Origin: the human T2T-CHM13v2.0 reference genome, Homo sapiens
NCBI RefSeq assembly: GCF_009914755.1
Contig: NC_060931.1
DNA: 64,000 nt
Direction: 5' to 3' (one strand)
A program made the position numbers and the translations under genes. Positions 25,304-38,400 of this stretch are shown here, in pieces. Position 1 is the first letter of the stretch. Every line of letters begins with the position of its first letter. Under the pieces are notes generated by a model that worked only from the letters and a program-made list of their open reading frames with translations, was not told where the DNA came from and searched no databases.

Positions 25304-28300
25304 GAGTTCTCAGTAACTTTTTTGTGTTGTGTGTATTCAACTCACAGAGTTGAACCTTGCTTTAGAGAGAGCAGATTTGAAACACTCTTGCTGTGGCATT
25401 TTCAGGTGGAGATTTCAAGCGATTTGAGGACAATTGCAGAAAAGGAAATATCTTCGTATAATAACCAGACAGAATCATTCTCAGAAAGTGCTTTGTGATG
25501 TGTGCGTTCAACTCACAGAGTTTAACCTTTCTTTTCATAGAGGAGTTTGGAAACACACTGTTTGTAAAGTCTGCAATTGGATATATGGACCTGTTTGAGG
25601 TCTCCGTTGGAAACGGGATTTCTTCATTGAATGCTAGACGGAAGAATTCTCAGTAAATTCTTTGTGTTGTGTGCATTCAACTCACAGAGTGGAACGTCCC
25701 TTTAGACAGAGCAGATTTGAAACACTCTTTTTGCGGAATTTGCAAGTGGAGATTTCTAGCCATTTGATGCCAACAGTAGAAAGGGAAATATCTTCAAATA
25801 AAAACCAGACAGAATCATTCTCAGAAAATTGTTTGTGATGTGTGCGTTCAACTCACATAGTTTAACCTTTCTTTTCATAGAGCAGTTTGGAAACACTCTG
25901 TTTGTAAAGTCTGCAAGTGGATCTATGGACCGCATTGAGGCCTTCGTTGGAAACGGGATTTCTTCATTTCATGCTAGACAGAAGAATTCTCAGTAACTTC
26001 TTTGTGCTGTGTGTATTCAACTCACAGAGTGGAACGTCCCTTTACACAGAGCAGATTTGAAACACTCGTTTTGTGGAGTTTGCAAGTGGAGATTTCAAGC
26101 GATTTGATGCCAACAGTAGAAAAGGAAGTATCTTCAAATAAAAACTAGACAGAATCATTCTCAGAAACTACTTTGTGATGTGTGCCTTCAACTCACAGAG
26201 TTTAACCTTTCTTTTCTTAGAGCAGCTTAGAAACACTCTGCTTGATATGTCTGCAAGTGGATATTTGGACCTCTTTGAGGCCTTCGTTGCAAACGGGGTT
26301 TCTTCCTTTAATGCTAGACTAAGAAGAGTTCTCAGTAACTTTTTTGTGTTGTGTGTATTCAACTCACAGAGTTGAACCTTGCTTTAGAGAGAGCAGATTT
26401 GAAACACTCTTGCTGTGGCATTTTCAGGTGGAGATTTCAAGCGATTTGAGGACAATTGCAGAAAAGGAAATATCTTCGTATAATAACCAGACAGAATCAT
26501 TCTCAGAAAGTGCTTTGTGATGTGTGCGTTCAACTCACAGAGTTTTACCTTTCTTTTCATAGAGGAGTTTGGAAACACACTGTTTGTAAAGTCTGCAATT
26601 GGATATATGGACCTGTTTGAGGCCTTCGTTGGAAACGGGATTTCTTCATTGAATGCTAGACGGAAGAATTCTCAGTAAATTCTTTGTGTTGTGTGCATTC
26701 AACTCACAGAGTGGAACGTCCCTTTAGACAGAGCAGATTTGAAACACTTTTTGGCGGAATTTGCAAGTGGAGATTTCTAGCCATTTGATGCCAACAGTAG
26801 AAAGGGAAATATCTTCAAATAAAAACCAGACAGAATCATTCTCAGAAAATTCTTTGTGATGTGTGCGTTCAACTCACATAGTTTAACCTTTCTTTTCATA
26901 GAGCAGTTTGGAAACACTCTGTTTGTAAAGTCTGCAAGTGGATCTATGGACCGCATTGAGGCCTTCGTTGGAAACGGGATTTCTTCATTTCATGCTAGAC
27001 AGAAGAATTCTCAGTAACTTCTTTGTGCTGTGTGTATTCAACTCACAGAGTGGAACGTCCCTTTACACAGAGCAGATTTGAAACACTCGTTTTGTGGAGT
27101 TTGCAAGTGGAGATTTCAAGCGATTTGATGCCAACAGTAGAAAAGGAAGTATCTTCAAATAAAAACTAGACAGAATCATTCTCAGAAACTACTTTGTGAT
27201 GTGTGCCTTCAACTAACAGAGTTTAACCTTTCTTTTCTTAGAGCAGCTTAGAAACACTCTGCTTGTTATGTCTGCAAGTTGATATTTGGACCTCTTTGAG
27301 GCCTTCGTTGCAAACGGGGTTTCTTCCTTTAATGCTAGACTAAGAAGAGTTCTCAGTAACTTTTTTGTGTTGTGTGTATTCAACTCACAGAGTTGAACCT
27401 TGCTTTAGAGAGAGCAGATTTGAAACACTCTTGCTGTGGCATTTGCAGGTGGAGATTTCAAGCGATTTGAGGACAATTGCAGAAAAGGAAATATCTTCGT
27501 ATAATAACCAGACAGAATCATTCTCAGAAAGTGCTTTGTGATGTGTGCGTTCAACTCACAGAGTTTAACCTTTCTTTTCATAGAGGAGTTTGGAAACACA
27601 CTGTTTGTAAAGTCTGCAATTGGATATATGGACCTGTTTGAGGCCTTCGTTGGAAACGGGATTTCTTCATTGAATGCTAGACGGAAGAATTCTCAGTAAA
27701 TTCTTTGTGTTGTGTGCATTCAACTCACAGAGTGGAACGTCCCTTTAGACAGAGCAGATTTGAAACACTTTTTGCGGAATTTGCAAGTGGAGATTTCTAG
27801 CCATTTGATGCCAACAGTAGAAAGGGAAATATCTTCAAATAAAAAGCAGACAGAATCATTCTCAGAAAATTCTTTGTGATGTGTGCGTTCAACTCACATA
27901 GTTTAACCTTTCTTTTCATAGAGCAGTTTGGAAACACTCTGTTTGTAAAGTCTGCAAGTGGATATATGGACCGCATTGAGACCTTCGTTGGAAACGGGAT
28001 TTCTTCATTTCATGCTAGACAGAAGAATTCTCAGTAACTTCTTTGTGCTGTGTGTATTCAACTCACAGAGTGGAACGTCCCTTTGCACAGAGCAGATTTG
28101 AAACACTCTTTTTGTGGAGTTTGCAAGTGGAGATTTCAAGCGATTTGATGCCAACAGTAGAAAAGGAAATATCTTCAAATAAAAACTAGACAGAATCATT
28201 CTCAGAAACTACTTTGTGATGTGTGCCTTTAACTCACAGAGTTTAACCTTTCTTTTCTTAGAGCAGTTTAGAAACACTCTGCTTGTTATGTCTGCAAGTG

Positions 28301-29469
28301 GATATTTGGACCTCTTTGAGGCCTTCGTTGCAAACGGGGTTTCTTCCTTTAATGCTAGACTAAGAAGAGTTCTCAGTAACTTTTTTGTGTTGTGTGTATT
28401 CAACTCACAGAGTTGAACCTTGCTTTAGAGAGAGCAGATTTGAAACACTCTCGCTGTGGAATTTTCAGGTGGAGATTTCAAGCGATTTGAGGACAATTGC
28501 AGAAAAGGAAATATCTTCGTATAATTACCAGACAGAATCATTCTCAGAAAGTGCTTTGGGTTGTGTGCGTTCAACTCACAGAGTTTAACCTTTCTTTTCA
28601 TAGAGGAGTTTGGAAACACACTGTTTGTAAAGTCTGCAATTGGATATATGGACCTGTTTGAGGCCTCCGTTGGAAACGGGATTTCTTCATTGAATGCTAG
28701 ACGGAAGAATTCTCAGTAAATTCTTTGTGTTGTGTGCATTCAACTCACAGAGTGGAACGTCCCTTTAGACAGAGCAGATTTGAAACACTCTTTTTGCGGA
28801 ATTTGCAAGTGGAGATTTCTAGCCATTTGATGCCAACAGTAGAAAGGGAAATATCTTCAAATAAAAACCAGACAGAATCATTCTCAGAAAATTCTTTGTG
28901 ATGTGTGCGTTCAACTCACATAGTTTAACCTTTCTTTTCATAGAGCAGTTTGGAAACACTCTGTTTGTAAAGTCTGCAAGTGGATATATGGACCGCATTG
29001 AGGCCTTCGTTGGAAACGGGATTTCTTCATTTCATGCTAGACAGAAGAATTCTCAGTAACTTCTTTGTGCTGTGTGTATTCAACTCACAGAGTGGAACAT
29101 CCCTTTGCACAGAGCAGATTTGAAACACTCTTTTTGTGGAGTTTGCAAGTGGAGATTTCAAGCGATTTGATGCCAACAGTAGAAAAGGAAATATCTTCAA
29201 ATAAAAACTAGACAGAATCATTCTCAGAAACTACTTTGTGATGTGTGCCTTCAACTCACAGAGTTTAACCTTTCTTTTCTTAGAGCAGTTTAGAATCACT
29301 CTGCTTGTTATGTCTGCAAGTGGATATTTGGACCTCTTTGAGGCCTTCGTTGCAAACGGGGTTTCTTCCTTTAATGCTAGACTAAGAAGAGTTCTCAGTA
29401 ACTTTTTTGTGTTGTGTGTATTCAACTCACAGAGTTGAACCTTGCTTTAGAGAGAGCAGATTTGAAACA

Positions 29470-32400
29470 CTCTCGCTGTGGAATTTTCATGTGGAGATTT
29501 CAAGCGATTTGAGGACAATTGCAGAAAAGGAAATATCTTCGTATAATAACCAGACAGAATCATTCTCAGAAAGTGCTTTGTGATGTGTGCGTTCAACTCA
29601 CAGAGTTTAACCTTTCTTTTCATAGAGGAGTTTGGAAACACACTGTTTGTAAAGTCTGCAATTGGATATATGGACCTGTTTGAGGCCTTCGTTGGAAACG
29701 GGATTTCTTCATTGAATGCTAGACGGAAGAATTCTCAGTAAATTCTTTGTGTTGTGTGCATTCAACTCACAGAGTGGAACGTCCCTTTAGACAGAGCAGA
29801 TTTGAAACACTCTTTTTGCGGAATTTGCAAGTGGAGATTTCTAGCCATTTGATGCCAACAGTAGAAAGGGAAATATCTTCAAATAAAAATCAGACAGAAT
29901 CGTTCTCAGAAAATTCTTTGTGATGTGTGCGTTCAACTCACATAGTTTAACCTTTCTTTTCATAGAGCAGTTTGGAAACACTCTGTTTGTAAAGTCTGCA
30001 AGTGGATATATGGACCGCATTGAGGCCTTCGTTGGAAACGGGATTTCTTCATTTCATGCTAGACAGAAGAATTCTCAGTAACTTCTTTGTGCTGTGTGTA
30101 TTCAACTCACAGAGTGGAATGTCCCTTTACACAGAGCAGATTTGAAACACTCTTTTTGTGGAGTTTGCAAGTGGAGATTTCAAGCGATTTGATGCCAACA
30201 GTAGAAAAGGAAATATCTTCAAATAAAAACTAGACAGAATCATTCTCAGAAACTACTTTGTGATGTGTGCCTTCAACTCACAGAGTTTAACCTTTCTTTT
30301 CTTAGAGCAGTTTAGAAACACTCTGCTTGTTATGTCTGCAAGTGGATATTTGGACCTCTTTGAGGCCTTCGTTGCAAACGGGGTTTCTTCCTTTCATGCT
30401 AGACTAAGAAGAGTTCTCATTAACTTTTTTGTGTTGTGTGTATTCACCTCACAGAGTTGAACCTTGCTTTAGAGAGAGCAGATTTGAAACACTCTCGCTG
30501 TGGCATTTTCAGGTGGAGATTTCAAGCGATTTGAGGACAATTGCAGAAAAGGAAATATCTTCGTATAATAACCAGACAGAATCATTCTCAGAAAGTGCTT
30601 TGTGATGTGTGCGTTCAACTCACAGAGTTTAACCTTTCTTTTCATAGAGGAGTTTGGAAACACACTGTTTGTAAAGTCTGCAAGTGGATATATGGACCTG
30701 TTTGAGGCCTTCGTTGGAAACGGGATTTCTTCATTGAATGCTAGACGGAAGAATTCTCAGTAAATTCTTTGTGTTGTGTGCATTCAACTCACAGAGTGGA
30801 ACGTCCCTTTAGACAGAGCAGATTTGAAACACTCTTTTTGCGGAATTTGCAAGTGGAGATTTCTAGCCATTTGATGCCAACAGTAGAAAGGGAAATATCT
30901 TCAAATAAAAACCAGACAGAATCATTCTCAGAAAATTCTTTGTGATGTGTGCGTTCAACTCACATAGTTTAACCTTTCTTTTCATAGAGCAGTTTGGAAA
31001 CACTCTGTTTGTAAAGTCTGCAAGTGGATATATGGACCGCATTGAGGCCTTCGTTGGAAACGGGATTTCTTCATTTCATGCTACACAGAAGAATTCTCAG
31101 TAACTTCTTTGTGCTGTGTGTATTCAACTCACAGAGTGGAACGTCCCTTTGCACAGAGCAGATTTGAAACACTCTTTTTGTGGAGTTTGCAAGTGGAGAT
31201 TTCAAGCGATTTGATGCCAACAGTAGAAAAGGAAATATCTTCAAATAAAAACTAGACAGAATCATTCTCAGAAACTACTTTGTGATGTGTGCCTTCAACT
31301 CACAGAGTTTAACCTTTCTTTTCTTAGAGCAGTTTAGAAACACTCTGCTTGTTATGTCTGCAAGTGGATATTTGGACCTCTTTTAGGCCTTCGTTGCAAA
31401 CGGGGTTTCTTCCTTTAATGCTAGACTAAGAACAGTTCTCAGTAACTTTTTTGTGTTGTGTGTATTCAACTCACAGAGTTGAACCTTGCTTTAGAGAGAG
31501 CAGATTTGAAACACTCTCGCTGTGGAATTTTCAGGTGGAGATTTCAAGCGATTTGAGGACAATTGCCGAAAAGGAAATATCTTCGTATAATAACCAGACA
31601 GAATCATTCTCAGAAAGTGCTTTGTGATGTGTGCGTTCAACTCACAGAGTTTAACCTTTCTTTTCATAGAGGAGTTTGGAAACACACTGTTTGTAAAGTC
31701 TGCAAGTGGATATATGGACCTGTTTGAGGCCTTCGTTGGAAACGGGATTTCTTCATTGAATGCTAGACGGAAGAATTCTCAGTAAATTCTTTGTGTTGTG
31801 TGCATTCAACTCACAGAGTGGAACGTCCCTTTAGACAGAGCAGATTTGAAACACTCTTTTTGCGGAATTTGCAAGTGGAGATTTCTAGCCATTTGATGCC
31901 AACAGTAGAAAGGGAAATATCTTCAAATAAAAACCAGACAGAATCATTCTCAGAAAATTCTTTGTGATGTGTGCGTTCAACTCACATAGTTTAACCTTTC
32001 TTTTCATAGAGCAGTTTGGAAACACTCTGTTTGTAAAGTCTGCAAGTGGATATATGGACCGCATTGAGGCCTTCGTTGGAAACGGGATTTCTTCATTTCA
32101 TGCTAGACAGAAGAATTCTCAGTAACTTCTTTGTGCTGTGTGTATTCAACTCACAGAGTGGAACGTCCCTTTGCACAGAGCAGATTTGAAACACTCTTTT
32201 TGTGGAGTTTGCAAGTGGAGATTTCAAGCGATTTGATGCCAACAGTAGAAAAGGAAATATCTTCAAATAAAAACTAGACAGAATCATTCTCAGAAACTAC
32301 TTTGTGATGTGTGCCTTCAACTCACAGAGTTTAACCTTTCTTTTCTTAGAGCAGTTTAGAAACACTCTGCTTGTTATGTCTGCAAGTGGATATTTGGACC

Positions 32401-35400
32401 TCTTTGAGGCCTTCGTTGCAAACGGGGTTTCTTCCTTTAATGCTAGACTAAGAAGAGTTCTCAGTAACTTTTTTGTGTTGTGTGTATTCAACTCACAGAG
32501 TTGAACCTTGCTTTAGAGAGAGCAGATTTGAAACACTCTTGCTGTGGCATTTTCAGGTGGAGATTTCAAGCGATTTGAGGACAATTGCAGAAAAGGAAAT
32601 ATCTTCGTATAATAACCAGACAGAATCATTCTCAGAAAGTGCTTTGTGATGTGTGCGTTCAACTCACAGAGTTTAACCTTTCTTTTCATAGAGGAGCTTT
32701 GAAACACACTGTTTGTAAAGTCTGCAATTGGATATATGGACCTGTTTGAGGCCTCCGTTGGAAACGGGATTTCTTCATTGAATGCTAGACGGAAGAATTC
32801 TCAGTAAATTCTTTGTGTTGTGTGCATTCAACTCACAGAGTGGAACGTCCCTTTAGACAGAGCAGATTTGAAACACTCTTTTTGCGGAATTTGCAAGTGG
32901 AGATTTCTAGCCATTTGATGCCAACAGTAGAAAGGGAAATATCTTCAAATAAAAACCAGACAGAATCATTCTCAGAAAATTCTTTGTGATGTGTGCGTTC
33001 AACTCACATAGTTTAACCTTTCTTTTCATAGAGCAGTTTGGAAACACTCTGTTTGTAAAGTCTGCAAGTGGATATATGGACCGCATTGAGGCCTTCGTTG
33101 GAAACGGGATTTCTTCATTTCATGCTAGACAGAAGAATTCTCAGTAACTTCTTTGTGCTGTGTGTATTCAACTCACAGAGTGGAACGTCCCTTTGCACAG
33201 AGCAGATTTGAAACACTCTTTTTGTGGAGTTTGCAAGTGGAGATTTCAAGCGATTTGATGCCAACAGTAGAAAAGGAAATATCTTCAAATAAAAACTAGA
33301 CAGAATCATTCTCAGAAACTACTTTGTGATGTGTGCCTTCAACTCACAGAGTTTAACCTTTCTTTTCTTAGAGCAGTTTAGAAACACTCTGCTTGTTATG
33401 TCTGCAAGTGGATATTTGGACCTCTTTTAGGCCTTCGTTGCAAACGGGGTTTCTTCCTTTAATGCTAGACTAAGAACAGTTCTCAGTAACTTTTTTGTGT
33501 TGTGTGTATTCAACTCACAGAGTTGAACCTTGCTTTAGAGAGAGCAGATTTGAAACACTCTCGCTGTGGAATTTTCATGTGGAGATTTCAAGCGATTTGA
33601 GGACAATTGCAGAAAAGGAAATATCTTCGTATAATAAGCAGACAGAATCATTCTCAGAAAGTGCTTTGTGATGTGTGCGTTCAACTCACAGAGTTTAACC
33701 TTTCTTTTCATAGAGGAGTTTGGAAACACACTGTTTGTAAAGTCTGCAATTGGATATATGGACCTGTTTGAGGCCTTCGTTGGAAACGGGATTTCTTCAT
33801 TGAATGCTAGACGGAAGAATTCTCAGTAAATTCTTTGTGTTGTGTGCATTCAACTCACAGAGTGGAACGTCCCTTTAGACAGAGCAGATTTGAAACACTC
33901 TTTTTGCGGAATTTGCAAGTGGAGATTTCTAGCCATTTGATGCCAACAGTAGAAAGGGAAATATCTTCAAATAAAAATCAGACAGAATCGTTCTCAGAAA
34001 ATTCTTTGTGATGTGTGCGTTCAACTCACATAGTTTAACCTTTCTTTTCATAGAGCAGTTTGGAAACACTCTGTTTGTAAAGTCTGCAAGTGGATATATG
34101 GACCGCATTGAGGCCTTCGTTGGAAACGGGATTTCTTCATTTCATGCTAGACAGAAGAATTCTCAGTAACTTCTTTGTGCTGTGTGTATTCAACTCACAG
34201 AGTGGAATGTCCCTTTACACAGAGCAGATTTGAAACACTCTTTTTGTGGAGTTTGCAAGTGGAGATTTCAAGCGATTTGATGCCAACAGTAGAAAAGGAA
34301 ATATCTTCAAATAAAAACTAGACAGAATCATTCTCAGAAACTACTTTGTGATGTGTGCCTTCAACTCACAGAGTTTAACCTTTCTTTTCTTAGAGCAGTT
34401 TAGAAACACTCTGCTTGTTATGTCTGCAAGTGGATATTTGGACCTCTTTGAGGCCTTCGTTGCAAACGGGGTTTCTTCCTTTCATGCTAGACTAAGAAGA
34501 GTTCTCATTAACTTTTTTGTGTTGTGTGTATTCACCTCACAGAGTTGAACCTTGCTTTAGAGAGAGCAGATTTGAAACACTCTCGCTGTGGCATTTTCAG
34601 GTGGAGATTTCAAGCGATTTGAGGACAATTGCAGAAAAGGAAATATCTTCGTATAATAACCAGACAGAATCATTCTCAGAAAGTGCTTTGTGATGTGTGC
34701 GTTCAACTCACAGAGTTTAACCTTTCTTTTCATAGAGGAGTTTGGAAACACACTGTTTGTAAAGTCTGCAAGTGGATATATGGACCTGTTTGAGGCCTTC
34801 GTTGGAAACGGGATTTCTTCATTGAATGCTAGACGGAAGAATTCTCAGTAAATTCTTTGTGTTGTGTGCATTCAACTCACAGAGTGGAACGTCCCTTTAG
34901 ACAGAGCAGATTTGAAACACTCTTTTTGCGGAATTTGCAAGTGGAGATTTCTAGCCATTTGATGCCAACAGTAGAAAGGGAAATATCTTCAAATAAAAAC
35001 CAGACAGAATCATTCTCAGAAAATACTTTGTGATGTGTGCGTTCAACTCACATAGTTTAACCTTTCTTTTCATAGAGCAGTTTGGAAACACTCTGTTTGT
35101 AAAGTCTGCAAGTGGATATATGGACCGCATTGAGGCCTTCGTTGGAAACGGGATTTCTTCATTTCATGCTACACAGAAGAATTCTCAGTAACTTCTTTGT
35201 GCTGTGTGTATTCAACTCACAGAGTGGAACGTCCCTTTGCACAGAGCAGATTTGAAACACTCTTTTTGTGGAGTTTGCAAGTGGAGATTTCAAGCGATTT
35301 GATGCCAACAGTAGAAAAGGAAATATCTTCAAATAAAAACTAGACAGAATCATTCTCAGAAACTACTTTGTGATGTGTGCCTTCAACTCACAGAGTTTAA

Positions 35401-38400
35401 CCTTTCTTTTCTTAGAGCAGTTTAGAAACACTCTGCTTGTTATGTCTGCAAGTGGATATTTGGACCTCTTTTAGGCCTTCGTTGCAAACGGGGTTTCTTC
35501 CTTTAATGCTAGACTAAGAACAGTTCTCAGTAACTTTTTTGTGTTGTGTGTATTCAACTCACAGAGTTGAACCTTGCTTTAGAGAGAGCAGATTTGAAAC
35601 ACTCTCGCTGTGGAATTTTCAGGTGGAGATTTCAAGCGATTTGAGGACAATTGCCGAAAAGGAAATATCTTCGTATAATAACCAGACAGAATCATTCTCA
35701 GAAAGTGCTTTGTGATGTGTGCGTTCAACTCACAGAGTTTAACCTTTCTTTTCATAGAGGAGTTTGGAAACACACTGTTTGTAAAGTCTGCAATTGGATA
35801 TATGGACCTGTTTGAGGCCTTCGTTGGAAACGGGATTTCTTCATTGAATGCTAGACGGAAGAATTCTCAGTAAATTCTTTGTGTTGTGTGCATTCAACTC
35901 ACAGAGTGGAACGTCCCTTTAGACAGAGCAGATTTGAAACACTCTTTTTGCGGAATTTGCAAGTGGAGATTTCTAGCCATTTGATGCCAACAGTAGAAAG
36001 GGAAATATCTTCAAATAAAAACCAGACAGAATCATTCTCAGAAAATTCTTTGTGATGTGTGCGTTCAACTCACATAGTTTAACCTTTCTTTTCATAGAGC
36101 AGTTTGGAAACACTCTGTTTGTAAAGTCTGCAAGTGGATATATGGACCGCATTGAGGCCTTCGTTGGAAACGGGATTTCTTCATTTCATGCTAGACAGAA
36201 GAATTCTCAGTAACTTCTTTGTGCTGTGTGTATTCAACTCACAGAGTGGAACGTCCCTTTGCACAGAGCAGATTTGAAACACTCTTTTTGTGGAGTTTGC
36301 AAGTGGAGATTTCAAGCGATTTGATGCCAACAGTAGAAAAGGAAATATCTTCAAATAAAAACTAGACAGAATCATTCTCAGAAACTACTTTGTGATGTGT
36401 GCCTTCAACTCACAGAGTTTAACCTTTCTTTTCTTAGAGCAGTTTAGAAACACTCTGCTTGTTATGTCTGCAAGTGGATATTTGGACCTCTTTGAGGCCT
36501 TCGTTGCAAACGGGGTTTCTTCCTTTAATGCTAGACTAAGAAGAGTTCTCAGTAACTTTTTTGTGTTGTGTGTATTCAACTCACAGAGTTGAACCTTGCT
36601 TTAGAGAGAGCAGATTTGAAACACTCTTGCTGTGGCATTTTCAGGTGGAGATTTCAAGCGATTTGAGGACAATTGCAGAAAAGGAAATATCTTCGTATAA
36701 TAACCAGACAGAATCATTCTCAGAAAGTGCTTTGTGATGTGTGCGTTCAACTCACAGAGTTTAACCTTTCTTTTCATAGAGGAGCTTTGAAACACACTGT
36801 TTGTAAAGTCTGCAATTGGATATATGGACCTGTTTGAGGCCTCCGTTGGAAACGGGATTTCTTCATTGAATGCTAGACGGAAGAATTCTCAGTAAATTCT
36901 TTGTGTTGTGTGCATTCAACTCACAGAGTGGAACGTCCCTTTAGACAGAGCAGATTTGAAACACTCTTTTTGCGGAATTTGCAAGTGGAGATTTCTAGCC
37001 ATTTGATGCCAACAGTAGAAAGGGAAATATCTTCAAATAAAAACCAGACAGAATCATTCTCAGAAAATTCTTTGTGATGTGTGCGTTCAACTCACATAGT
37101 TTAACCTTTCTTTTCATAGAGCAGTTTGGAAACACTCTGTTTGTAAAGTCTGCAAGTGGATATATGGACCGCATTGAGGCCTTCGTTGGAAACGGGATTT
37201 CTTCATTTCATGCTAGACAGAAGAATTCTCAGTAACTTCTTTGTGCTGTGTGTATTCAACTCACAGAGTGGAACGTCCCTTTGCACAGAGCAGATTTGAA
37301 ACACTCTTTTTGTGGAGTTTGCAAGTGGAGATTTCAAGCGATTTGATGCCAACAGTAGAAAAGGAAATATCTTCAAATAAAAACTAGACAGAATCATTCT
37401 CAGAAACTACTTTGTGATGTGTGCCTTCAACTCACAGAGTTTAACCTTTCTTTTCTTAGAGCAGTTTAGAAACACTCTGCTTGTTATGTCTGCAAGTGGA
37501 TATTTGGACCTCTTTTAGGCCTTCGTTGCAAACGGGGTTTCTTCCTTTAATGCTAGACTAAGAACAGTTCTCAGTAACTTTTTTGTGTTGTGTGTATTCA
37601 ACTCACAGAGTTGAACCTTGCTTTAGAGAGAGCAGATTTGAAACACTCTCGCTGTGGAATTTTCATGTGGAGATTTCAAGCGATTTGAGGACAATTGCAG
37701 AAAAGGAAATATCTTCGTATAATAAGCAGACAGAATCATTCTCAGAAAGTGCTTTGTGATGTGTGCGTTCAACTCACAGAGTTTAACCTTTCTTTTCATA
37801 GAGGAGTTTGGAAACACACTGTTTGTAAAGTCTGCAATTGGATATATGGACCTGTTTGAGGCCTTCGTTGGAAACGGGATTTCTTCATTGAATGCTAGAC
37901 GGAAGAATTCTCAGTAAATTCTTTGTGTTGTGTGCATTCAACTCACAGAGTGGAACGTCCCTTTAGACAGAGCAGATTTGAAACACTCTTTTTGCGGAAT
38001 TTGCAAGTGGAGATTTCTAGCCATTTGATGCCAACAGTAGAAAGGGAAATATCTTCAAATAAAAATCAGACAGAATCGTTCTCAGAAAATTCTTTGTGAT
38101 GTGTGCGTTCAACTCACATAGTTTAACCTTTCTTTTCATAGAGCAGTTTGGAAACACTCTGTTTGTAAAGTCTGCAAGTGGATATATGGACCGCATTGAG
38201 GCCTTCGTTGGAAACGGGATTTCTTCATTTCATGCTAGACAGAAGAATTCTCAGTAACTTCTTTGTGCTGTGTGTATTCAACTCACAGAGTGGAATGTCC
38301 CTTTACACAGAGCAGATTTGAAACACTCTTTTTGTGGAGTTTGCAAGTGGAGATTTCAAGCGATTTGATGCCAACAGTAGAAAAGGAAATATCTTCAAAT

